From: Octopus sinensis
Lineage: Eukaryota
Direction of reading: 5' to 3'
NCBI RefSeq assembly: GCF_006345805.1
Contig: NC_043009.1
Location: 21,080,001 to 21,144,000, forward strand
Length of the DNA stretch: 64,000 nucleotides
The position numbers were made by a program, and so were the translations under genes. The notes under the pieces are model-generated. The model made no database searches. It saw only the letters and a program-made list of their open reading frames with translations, and was not told the DNA's origin. Within the stretch, counting starts at the first letter, position 1. The number at the start of each line of letters is the position of its first letter. Of this stretch, positions 12,701-25,800 are shown in pieces.

Positions 12701-15700
12701 CATCAACTAAGACCACTGACACGAATAACCAGCAAGTTCCAATCTGTGAACTTCCATACATTATGGTGACAACTGGACTCAGGCTATAATCAGTGGCTTA
12801 TGGTGGTTGTTGTATTGAGTGTGCTGTCACACCTAATGCCACCAAATTTCAAGCAGGGGTATAACAAAAGTTTTCTATTAAGATTTGTGATTAAATTAAC
12901 AAGTAAGGTTAATATTTATAATGAATTTGCCATTTTTGATGGGTGTGCAGCACACACCTAGCACCTCCCTAGCTATAATGTATTACAAATGATGGTGGAA
13001 GACTTTGGGTATCAGGAAGTGTATATGAAGTGGGTACCTTAGAAGGAAAGAAGTGTGGAAGCCAACTGACCAACTGCCTCTCAGTTCATCCATCCATCTA
13101 CCTCCATGCCGGCATGCATGCATACATATATGACCACATGTTAAAAGTATTGTTACATGTGTATTGAAAGCAGGGTTACATGCTGTATACTTGCAGAGTT
13201 ATTTTGCATTATAGAACTTGTACTTGAAGACTTAATGAACCTTTAACTGAGAGTACAAAAGTACAAAAATAAATAAATGAATAATCAAACAAAACAATCT
13301 GAATTAAATAAATAAAATATAAATTACAGGTAGATAAACCGCATTGATATATCGTGGCTGGCCATCAGGTGCAGGCTTTAGATATGGTCGATACAAGTCA
13401 CCTGAAATTTGAAAAAAAATTGTAAATGAATTTATAATTTCTATAGTTTGCTCCATGAGGAAGATGTTGTAACCCTTACACATTTGACATGGCCCTTCGA
13501 TTATCTCCCCACCTTTTGTAGAAAATTTGCTGATTAAATTTATAGATTTGAAATGTCCCAAGTTATTCAGCAGTAAATATGTAGGTAAAAGGACTTTATA
13601 AATTTCCTCCACAGAATGAACAATCACAATGCAATTAGATCTAAAAACAATATTTATTACTTACTAGCAAGAATATTTTTCACACGCGTTTTATTCAAAT
13701 TATTTTTCAATTTTGCTGTTTCTAAAAATTCTTGTGATGTATGAGGATATTCGAGTTCTTGTAGTTCCTGAATGTAAATGAAATATTTAGAAATTTACTT
13801 AGTTAAAATAAAGAATAACAAGTTGTGTTTTAGCTACATCATGAATTCCAGGCTCAACTGATTGGGGCTGATAGCATTAAGTATGGTGCTTGCTACCTTG
13901 ACCATGAGTTACAGACTAAAATCTCTGGCAGCAGAAAGATGAATGTGATAACACCGAGGTTCAGTTCATGAATGCTCAAGGATTGTAGGAAACTTGCCTG
14001 TGGTCTTTAACATTTGGGGGTTTGGCAATATAAGTTCTATAGAGTACTAGGAACTAATAATGGAATAGTGACACTCTAGTCTATTATTAATCAAAATATC
14101 AGTAGAAACAGGTGGCAACTGGCATTTCATGGGTCTAGATATGTAAGGAATAAATTAATTAGAGTAAAGTGAAAAATTAACCTATCTTGATGACTTCTGA
14201 ATATAACAATACCTGTCAGGACTACAACTGTCATCGAAAGACAGACACAACAGTGGCAAAAGACCACTTTTCAATAGTATTATGTATACAGACATGATTT
14301 TGTGATTATGTATCAAAATTTTAAACTATCAACATAATGAAAATGCAGATTTAAAAAAGTCAAAATAAATTAATCATTTGCTTAATGCAAATTAATGAAA
14401 TGAAATATATATATTCACGACAATCTTACAATCTTTAAGCCTTAGAATGTTTTGCAATTGAGAATTTTAGGATAACATCTCTGACCAAAGCTGGGAGAGT
14501 TTCCAGTTAATAAGAAAAATAACTATACACTATTTGCTTGCATTTAGGGGAAGGGAAATCAATTGTGATGACATCACGAACAATATAGAATTTTGTCATT
14601 GTTTAATCCCAAGCTTGGTCTGACTATATAAACCTATGATTAAGGCATTCTGGTTGTAATCATCATCATCATCGTTTAATGTCTGTTTTCCATTCTAGCA
14701 TGGGTTGGACAGTTCGACTGGGGTCTGGGGAGCCAAGGGGCTGCACCAGGCTCCAGTCTGATCTGGCAGTGTTTCTACAGCTGGATGCTCTTCCTAACGT
14801 CAATCACTCCGTGAGTGTAGTGGGTGCTTTTTATGTGCCACCGGCACAGGTGCCAGGTGAGGCTGGCAACGGCCACGATCAGTTGGTGCTTTTTACATGC
14901 CACCAGCACGGAAGCCAGTCAAGGCGGCGCTGGCATCGGCCATGTTCGGATGGTGCTTTTTACATGCCACCGGCACAGGGATCACAACAACAATTTCCAT
15001 TTGATTTTTTGATGTTGATGTACTTGACTCAATAGGTCTCCTCAAGCACAGGGTCGAAATGGTGTTTCTTTACTTGCCACCTGCACAGGAGTCAGTCCAG
15101 TGGCACTGGCAATGGCTGGGTGCCAGTCATAGGATTTGGTTCAATTTCGATTTCACTTGCCCCAATAGGTCTTCGCAAGCAGAGTCTTGTGTCCAATCAT
15201 TAGCTATTTATCCCAAGAGCACATTGTTCAATGTATATTTTTTTTAAAGAAGGTACGACTTTGAGGAAGATTTGGCAACTATCTCTACCAGATTGAATGA
15301 CCACATACAGGATTCCTTGTTAAGGGATTCTACATGTGGTCATTTATGTTGGAGAGAGATGAGACTCAATGAGGTGATGTCAGCTGAGTGTTTTAGCATG
15401 AAAAAATGTGATGCAAAAGAGTGACATTCTTTGTTTTAGGAAAAAAAAAACCCCAACTTCTTTGAGTTTAGACTCTCAGATATCTGATAGCAGGAGAAAT
15501 GTTTTAACTGAAAGATTCTGTTAAACGAACCTGGAAATGTTGCTGCAGAAGAGTTTTACAAGAAACATTTTCCTCATTTTCTTCATTTAACTTCTGATAA
15601 AAACTGGGGAAATTCTCAATGGTTACTTGTGTCTGCTGTAAAAATATACTTTCCACAAGCGCAAAGTAAATGAATTCATATTGATCCTAAAAAGAAAAGT

Positions 15701-18700
15701 AATAATGTTATTAATTCGTTTCATATCAGCATACAGCTTTGCTATTTTTCCAACAATTATAAAATTAATACTAAAACATTGATTTCTAGTTTTGTCACAA
15801 AGATGCAACTTTTCTGAGTTGAGGAACAGTTAATTATTTCAACTCCCAGCAGCCCATCCCTACGCATTTTAAAATATAATAAGGCTCATTCTTTTCTAGG
15901 TCTGATCATACCATTTGTGTGTGTGTTTGAGAGAAAGTGAGGAGAGATTGATCACTGGACTGGTACTTTATTTATCTATCGTGAAAGGAAGGCAAAGTTG
16001 ACATTGGCAGGATTTGAACTTAGACCACACGCAGCCAGAATGAAAATTGCCAAAGTATTCCTGCCAATACTTTAATGGCTACCAATTTGATGCCTTCACA
16101 CACACACACACACAAACACCACACACATGTACACATGCATGCGCGTGCACACACACACACACACAGATGCTTATATACACTGATATATAGATATATTTAT
16201 ATCACATAAGTATACACAACACACTATGTATAATGCAAACTGACAATTATAAGATATACATAATATATACACTTGGTGACATATATCTAATATACTAGAT
16301 TTTAAAAAAGAAGGCCTAGACACATAATTATAAATATCCAGCAGTGGGAACACCATGTTGCACAGTGAAGTGGGTGACAGAAAGTCTCCCTTTGTTCAAA
16401 TCATGGAAACAGAAAGTATGCCAAGAGTCAGAAGTCTTTGATTGTCTTTACAGTCAGAATGACATGCTCAAATATTAATTCTTCACCTAGTTTTAATTAT
16501 AAGAGGAAGTAGAATAAAATGTCTGATAATAAAACAATAAATACTGCTTACAAGTTTTTTTTATATGATTTTGCCAAAGTGCCTACTTTAGATATTCTTA
16601 TCATATATTCTTTGAAGTCCATTTAACCCAAACACGACTATAATAAGAAGTATAAATATAATGTTGGAGTACCTCAATTTGTACCATATTCAGTCTGGCT
16701 TTTCTCATCCGATTTACACATCCAAAAATATCTATGGTACCTTGATGTAAAGCTTCATCCATCAAGAAATCTAGGGCAATAAATGTGCCACTCCTGCCAA
16801 TTCCAGCACTAAAACAATAAAAAAACTTATAAACATGCAATAAATGAAAACAATTTAAATAAAGTAAATCCTTTTAATCCACATTAAAATATGTCATCAA
16901 GTTTAATTGTATTATTCTATTGTTGAGTGTATGTATTTATGTTTTGGTAAATAATGGATGAGAAAATAGAGAAAATGAGAGGTTGAGTGTATTCCTTCCT
17001 TTGAGACTGACCACTCATTCTATTTTTCAGGCTGAAGTAAGGCAGCAGTCAACGAAACAAGTTTAAAAGATGGGAAGAACAGAAATCTTTAAATTAATCA
17101 TTTTCATTGGTGATTAACTCTTTTGGAAAGTTCTTCAGATTGTTATTGAACCTCAACACCGAGAGGAATCAAGCTTTCTTATACTCGTATGGAGAATAGT
17201 GCCAACTAAATGTTGTTTTAGAAATTTATTTAAAGAAAATATTTGACTGTATAGACTTCAGTGATTGTCTGCCATTCTAAGGAAGATTGTTCCTACAGTG
17301 TAAAGTCTACATGAAAACCAGGAAGTTGGTTACATGGTAAATGGTAAGCAAACTAATTATTTACTGGTTGACAAATTTCTACTAAAGAGATACACTAACG
17401 CGCAACCTTCTTCAGTATAACAAATATCCATACTTTAAACCCTCTAAAGCAAAACCCATTTTGTCTCTGGGAGTTACAAATGGCTCCCCTAGAAAATATT
17501 TTTATTTTTCAATATACCACTTATTTTGATATCGGCAGATAATGATTAAAAAATAAAGGATGTTGTTTTTCATATGCACTTGTGTGGAGGCACATGGCCT
17601 AGTTGTTAGTGCAGCAGACTTGCGGTCAAGGGATCGCGGGTTTGAATCTCAGACCGGATGATGTGTGTGTTTATGAGCGAAACACCTAAGCTCCACGCGG
17701 CTCTGGCAGAAGGTAATGGCAAAACTTCTGCTGACACTTTCGCCACAACTTTCTCTCACTCTTTCCTCCTGCATCTTGCAGCTCACCTGTGATGGACCAG
17801 CGTCCCGTCCAGGTGGGGAACCTATACGCCAAGAAACTGGCCCTTATGAGCCAGGCATGGCTCGAGAAGGAACAAACAACATATGTGCTTGTACACAGTC
17901 GGGAGTACAGATGTACAAACTAAAATACAAAAAAAATGAAATAATGAATTGAAAGTTTGGTAATGGTGTTTATTTCCACCATGCAACACTTATGAGATCA
18001 GCATGTTGTCTATTGAGAAAGTGCTCTTTAGTAGAAGTAAATGCCAATGAAATCATTTCAAACCTTTATGATGTCCCTTATCAAAACAGCTAGAACTTCT
18101 GCATCAATCTGACATATAAGTTATTGTCATCTGGGAAGAGGATTTTTTTATGCTCAAGAAAGAGAATGTATTTGATAGAAATTGTTGCAATACATATGTA
18201 CTTCATATGAGTAGAAAATTGTAGAGGATGGTAATCACTGTACTTGAATCTGGTTAGTTTGAGTCACAAAATTAGCCCCCTTTTAAAATGATGTAAAGAA
18301 ATCTGAAAATTTGTCATATTGAACATTCCTTTCTTATTCAGGATCTAGTGTAGCAGGCTGGATGTAATGTGCCATATCAATTTGATATGATGTCATCCAC
18401 TACTGAATGTCGCTTATAGATGTAATGCTTCAAGGTTCTCACGTCAGAGTAACCAGTGAACATTGAAGAATTAACTCCAAGAAAGAAGAAATGTTATTTA
18501 CATATATTTATTCATTTACCCGACAGGTTGTTACAGAGACAGTAGCAATTCTAGTGATAGTGACGACAAGGATGACACGCTGGTTAGTAGTTGATCTGTA
18601 GAAAAAGGTTGTTTGTCAGTAGAGAGGGAAAGAGTAAGGTATTTATGGTGCTGACTAGAAAGGAAGAAAGGATAAAGGCGGTATTGCCTTTCTTACGGCC

Positions 18701-21700
18701 CAAAGCCTCTCTTCGCATGTCGAGCAAAGGGCAAAGGGAAGTGCTGCTCTTGGTTAAGGCTGATGCAAAAGCGGGTGTTGTTCTTTGGTCTGGCTGACAC
18801 CTAAGAGCCGGTGTTGCCCCTCGGTCATAGCTGACACATAAGAGGAAGAGATAGAAAATTCTCTCTGTTATATAGGCTATGGTCAGTAATGTAGGTCAAA
18901 CCTTAAACAAAGGACTGATCTTTCCTTGACCAGTACAGGTCCTAGGAGGTGGAGTGTTTCCTCATCAATCATGTAGTGTGGATGATTTCTCGCTCATTTT
19001 GACGAGCAACAAGCTGGTAGATTTGGTTTCCAATCTCAAGCAGGGTGAGACCCTTACACTAGTTTGTTTCATTCACAAAATCTGCATTTTTTAAAAGGAA
19101 GTAAAAAATCTGACAATTGGTTATCTTGATATGCAGATTTCCACGCTTTTTCCTTGTGAAGCCATGAACTTTTGGAGAAAAATTTGACACACAAAATTTT
19201 TTTGCTTTTATTCATTACTTCTTTTCCTTTTAGTTGTCTGTCACTATTCATCTGTTTTTTGTTTTTTTGAAGGGGGCTTCACTTTAGTGACACCAGTTAT
19301 ACATGGTTCCAGAAATTTGCTTGATGTCGCTAAAGTGGAAAAAGTGTTTTAAGTTTTTGAAAATTTGAAATGAAAAGACATGTTTTTTTTAAAACTGACT
19401 GTCACAGAGATAAGAAAATATAGCCGTTACTTGTTAATTTCAAATTAAACTTACCAAAGTTGAGGGTCTTCTAGTGCCCCTCTAGCACCCCCAAGTCTTT
19501 GCTCCAAAATGCCCCCACCAAGCTTCAAATGGTCCCTGTTGAGAACCTTTGCTCTAAAATATTCTAGGGTTTCAATTATGTTAAACAATCACTCAAATAA
19601 TCTGCAAGTATCAAAAACTGAAAAACTTTCTAAAATTATTCCATTTCTATTACAATGGATGCAGATATTATCTGAAGTTTATGTTTCATCTATATGGTTA
19701 TATATACAATCTCACTACAAGTCCTTTGGGCTAGAATCTTATATCATAACCAAGGTCAACCAATAGACTATATCAATAATTTGGTAAATAGAAGTTGTGT
19801 TGAAGCATGTTGCAAGAACTGTTCCTTTCATTGAGTGGCCACCATCTGGACTCCTGACTATCTTTGGTGGAGTCCACTTTGTTGTAACCATTTGGGCCCA
19901 GTCATTTGTTAGAGGATCTGGGATAACTTCCTTCATCTAGGAAGACCTGTAAACATTATGGGCCTCTGACAAAAAAAAAAAAAAAAACGGAGCAGTGAAA
20001 TAACATTTACCTGCAGTGTACCACAAGTGGTCCAGTTTCTGCCTCAGAATCATTACGAATTTTCATCATGAAATTAACTAAACCTGTTGGAGTTGGAGGA
20101 ACTCCATGATCTGACCAGGAGGTAAAGTGAAACTGATCCAGTTTTCTCACTGGTTCTTCACCCTAAAATAGAAGATGAGAGAATATGAAACGACAGTGCT
20201 CAGGTGAAACAATGTTCTGTATATTGTTGTGGGATTGCAATGTTATTATCAGTCCAAATATGCTTGATGCATGTTCAAATTGGGCAACAAGTGACTCACT
20301 GCATTTTGTCATGGAGAATATATCTGGCTAGTTGACAAATGGTGTGTATATACTTAGACCAGCTTGCAGCACTATCCATCTAGGCTGTGAGATGCTAGCA
20401 TCTTTAGGTAGATGGCACTGTGAGTTGATCTAGGTGTATACACACCATTTGTCAACAAGAGAGAGATATTCTCCGTGACAAAACGCAGTGAACAGCTTGT
20501 TCCCCAGTTTGAATGTGCACCAAGCATACTCGGACTGATAATAACATTGCAAATTCACTTATTACTGCTTAGTGCTTCCCCTCCGCTCCATAATTGTTGA
20601 TCACATTATTTGTTAATGCCTCGTTATCCCTCATCCCAGGGTCTCACAGGCCCACACCTCCCACACCCTCAGAGTTGGCACATTGAAAGGTAGGTCTGGT
20701 GAGATTGTTGAGCTGCTTGAACGGAGACGTGTAGATTTGTGCTGCATCCAAGAAGTAAGGTGGAGAGGAAGTTCCACTAGATTCCTCTATAAGATGCACC
20801 AAGTGTAAGCTATGGACACATAAGAGGTGCAGCAATGTCAAAGGAAGGCTAACTAGGAAGATAGTTTTTGTATGTGGCAGATGCTCAGGAGCAATAAATA
20901 CTGAAAATGCACAGAGACCAACTTTCGCCACATTCCAGGGAGAAAAACTAGAAGTAGTTGATAGCTTCCATTACCTAGGTGACCAAGTCAGTAGCGGGGG
21001 CAGGTGGGCTGAAAGTGTAACGGCTAGAATGAGAATAGCCAGGGCAAAGTTCAGGGAGCTCTTACCTCTGCTGGTGACAAAAGGCCTCTCGCTCAGAGTA
21101 AAAGGCAGACTGTATGACATGTGTACGAACAGCCATGCTACATGGCAGTGAAACATGGGCCGTGACTGCTGAGGATATGCATAAGTTCGCAAGAAATGAA
21201 GCCAGTATGCTCTGATGGATGTGTAATGTCAGTGTTCATATTCGACAGAGTGTAAGTACCTTGAGAGAAAAGTTGAACCTAAGAAGCATCAGCTGTGGAG
21301 TGCAAGAGAGACGTTTGCGCTGGTATGGTCATGTGGTGAGAATGGATGAAGATAGTTGTGTGAAAAAGTGCCACACCCTAGCGGTTGAGGGGAACCTGTG
21401 GAAGAGGTAGACCCAGGAAAACCTGGGACGAGGTGGTGAAGCACGACCTTCAAACATTAGGTCTCACCGAAGCAATGACTAGTGGCCGAGACCTTTGGAA
21501 GTATGCTGTGCGTGAGAATACCCAGCAGGACAAGTGAGACCATAACCCATGGCCTCTACCTGGGATGTAGCCGGTCCACTTATGCATACCTTTGCTTCTT
21601 GGGACACAAAACTCTACTTGCGAAGACCTGTTGAGGCAAGTGAAATCGAAATTGAAATCGATCAAAATCAATGGAAATTGTAGCTGTGATACCAGTGCCG

Positions 21701-22777
21701 GTGGCACGTAAGAAAACCACCAGAATGTGGCCGTTGCCAGCGCTGCCCCGACTGGCCTCCGTGCCGGTGGCATGTAAAAAGCACCATCCGATCGTGGCCA
21801 TTGCCAGCCTTGTCTGGCACGTAAAAGCCACTCATTACACTCACGGAGTGGTTGGCGTTAGGAAGGACATCCTGCTGTAGAAACACTGCCAGATCAGACT
21901 GAGCCTGGTGCAGCCTTCTGGCTTCCCAGACCCCAGTTGAACCGTCCAACCCATGCTAGCATGGAAAGCAGACGTTAAACGATGATGATGATGATGTAAA
22001 GATGACAATTAAAAATATACATTATCATTATAAGTGATTTAAAAACTGTTTTACTCTTTAATCTTGCTGGGGGCAAGACAACCTGTTTAGTCTGTTACAA
22101 TGATGAAATACATTCAGTAGACATCCTAAAGTTGTTGGCAAATGAACATGGAAGACTGCAGGATAGTGATGGTTTTAGTGTTGCTAATGGCAGAGTCTCC
22201 ATAATAAAATATACCCAATGCACTCTGTAAAGTGGTTGGTGTTAGGAAGAGTATCCAGTCACATTATACTTTATTGACTACTACAAAGATGAATAGTGAA
22301 GTTGACCTTGGTGGTGCAGAAATTCAAAATGTAAATGGCTATAACTAAATATCACACATTTTGTTGAATGCTCCACCACCTATCTGCCACTCCACACCCA
22401 TTGTAAAATCCCATTGCTCTGACAGCCTTGTTCTAATATCTTCAGATTAGACATTGCAACTGCCGTAGAAGTGAATTCTAATCACATTTGTAATTCAAAA
22501 GATTACAGAAGAAAATATATTTGGTACCTTTTGCAAAAAGAATGATCTGATGGTAAAATCACTGAAGTTTTGCTCTCGTATACATCGAATCTTTAAATCT
22601 CCAGAAATTTTGACTTCTTTATCTGGCCAATACTTTTCACATTTTGTCTGAAAATTTAAAAGTAAGTATAATCAAAGATGAAGTATTCACAATGAAGTTT
22701 GAATATGGAATGAAAAGCTTTGCATATATGCTAGATGAATGATCAGCATATATGTTACATGTATATACACAGAATTT

Positions 22778-22811
<34 letters not shown>

Positions 22812-25800
22812 TGTTTTTGATCTAGTTTGGATTCTTTGCCATCAAATTTGAATTCTTTGCAATCAAATTTGAATTTTTCAATTGGTGCCCAAGCCTTGAA
22901 GAAAAAAAAAGAGTTAAACTACATCAGCCGTAAGGGAATACATGTCTATCTTATCTAACTCGTCCAGTAGAGCCCACCAATTGATATCTGGAAAGTTCGA
23001 TGAAATAACTCATGAACACTGCCATAGCTTCTACCAAAAGATGCTTCAACATATTTACGTCGTCGACTGGTCTGAACAATAAACAAATGATTCTTTTTTC
23101 TATTATCTCCCCTTGTTCAGACTGGTCGTCGTAACAGAACGAATTGAGCACCAATTGAAAAATTCAAATTTGAATGCAAAGAATTCAAATTAGATCGAAA
23201 ACATCTATATTACATATAAATTTGAATCTAAATTGAATTGATTAAATGAAAGTTTAGTAAAATAATTGCTTCTGAAACTAGAAGTGTGCAAGACCTACAT
23301 AAAAGTAATATCTACAAGGTCTGATTTAAAAGTATCAAGACTGTTGCTATGGTGACTATTGCTAAAGTATACAGAATGAAGCTGCTTCACACAGATTGAC
23401 CTTGAGCTCTGCCATCCATGCACATTAAGTTATAACTCACTTCCGTTGTTTATAACAGTGCTTAGAAGTAAAATGTGTAGAGTGTGGTTATCTAATTGAG
23501 AAAATTGAGCAGAGAATTCGTATCAAATTTTGCCAAAAGCTTGGTGATGATTCCTGCACAGGGACCCATGTAAACTTGCAGAAAGTGTATGGAAAGGACT
23601 GTATGAACCGAGCACAAGTGTGCCAGTGGTTCAAATGTTTCCAAGATAGCTGACACATGTTCTGGAAAGACTGTTGAATCACCATGCATGAGTTGTTTGA
23701 GGCTGTGTACATTAGTTCAATCCTTTCCCATTGAAAATTTGGGTATGAGACATATGTCTGCCAAGTCAACTGCATTCAGTTGCAGTAGCTTTTGGTTAAA
23801 CACAACATTCCCTAGATCTGACAATCACTATATTCCCCAGATCTTGCTCCCCTTTCCCTGTAACTTCATTCTCTTTCCAAAAACAAAATCTCACTTGAAA
23901 GGAATAAAATTTCAGGACTTCAAGGAAACCAAGAGAACGCAATGAAGCAGCTATTTGCTATCCCTCAAAAAGGAGTTCCGGGAATTCTTCTATCAATGGA
24001 AACCATGCTGGATAACATGTGTGGCTTCAGAAAAAGATCACTTAGATGGAGATTAAACACTGAATTGATCTGTATTGTAGTTTTCTTTTTATAGCACCAA
24101 TTCTGATTCTTTTGATCAGACCTTGTACACCTAAGTGAGAATCCCATCCAGGAGAGAACTGATCCAATTGAGAATTACAGGTCCTTCTACATGATAGTTC
24201 AATTGATTTCTAAGACAGGTACAAGTTCTCAAGTTGGGGGAAGGACGTAGTCAATCCAATTGATATGGACCCCAGTACTTGATTGGTTATGTATTAACTC
24301 TGGTGGAATTTGAACACAGAACATACAGAAATGTTACTAAATACCACAAAACATACATTTAACACTCAACCAAATCTGCCAATCTACCAAGTCTTGCCAA
24401 TATTAATGAAGAGAAAAAGTGGTGAGCTGGCAGAATTGGTAGCACGCTGGGCAAAATGCTTAGTGGCATTTCATCTGTCTTTACGTTCTGAGTTCAAATT
24501 CTACTGAGATTGGTTTTGTCTTTCATCCTTTAGGGGTTGAACATTGGGGTCAATCTATTCAACTTACCCACCCCCACTGAAATTGGTGCCCAAATTTGAA
24601 ATTAATATAAGTGAAGAGAGAGAGAGAGAGAACAAGAAATAAATGACAAAGAAAAAAACAAAGCTCACAAAGCATCATTGCATATCTTGTTGTATGGTAA
24701 ATCTATTGACTTCCTCCGAACAGCTTTGCACAGAAATAGTTACTGAAGAGTTTAAATAAACTGGAGAATTGATGTAAATAAAATAATTTCCTTCTGGTTC
24801 CTAATTTCAACTTTGCTTTTTGGTTAACCCTTTCATTACCAACAAGCATCAGACAGTTTGATGCCATCTCCCAGTTTCAACAGTTAAACATTGTGAACAT
24901 GATAAAACATGACAAACAAAGAATGATCAAAATGTAATTATTTTATGAAACTTTACGCAAAGATAAGATTCTGACTTTCTGGTCTATTAAACACAGGCCA
25001 GTCGGGGTGGCGCTGGCAATGGCCACGTTCGTAAGAGAACATCCGAACGTGGCCGTTGCCAGCGCCGCCCCGACTGGCCTTGTGCCGGTGGCATGTAAAA
25101 AGCACCATCCGATCGTGGCTGTTGCCAGCCTCGCCTGGCCCCCGTGCCGGTGGCACGTAAAAAGCACCATCCGATCGTGGCCATTTGCCAGCCTTGTCTA
25201 GCACCTGTGCCGGTGGCACGTAAAAACCACCCACTACACTCACAGAGTGGTTGGTGTTAGGAAGGGCATCCAGCCGTAGAAACATTGCCAGATCAGACTG
25301 GGCCTGGTGCAGCCTTCTGGCTTCCCAGACCCCAGTTGAACCGTCCAACCCATGCTAGCATGGAAAGCAGACGCTAAACGATGATGATGATGATAAAGTG
25401 AGTATTTATAACTTCTTGATGATCAGAGATCATGCCGACTCAAAGGCGTTAAATTGGCAGAATTGTCAGAGTGGTGGACAAAATGTCTTGCAGTATTTAA
25501 CTGAGATTCTTTAAAGCTTGAATTCAAATTACATTCTGAGTGAAAAACTTTGCCTTTAATTCATTTGGTATTGACAGTTTATTGTATCTCAGTTAAATAC
25601 TGAAGTTGATTTAATATTCCTATAAAACACACTAAATGTGAATTAAATTATAATACAAGAAAAAGACAAACAGTTTAGATATAAACATTGTCAATAAGCA
25701 CTTTAAAAATGAGGATAACATTCTAATGAATTTGCATATTTAGTGAAGGCCTAAATAACTAATACATAGAATTTCTGTGATGAGAGCAAGTCTTCAAATT

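Noticed and set aside
19739-19936. 65-aa minus-strand ORF next to an A-run
   Set aside because: No recognisable homology; inclusion between the HCS and AG exons would split the active site.
24995-25230. Regularly spaced ~50-bp repeats superficially like a CRISPR array
   Set aside because: Spacers are similar to each other, the context is eukaryotic, and the units are part of a retroelement 3' region.
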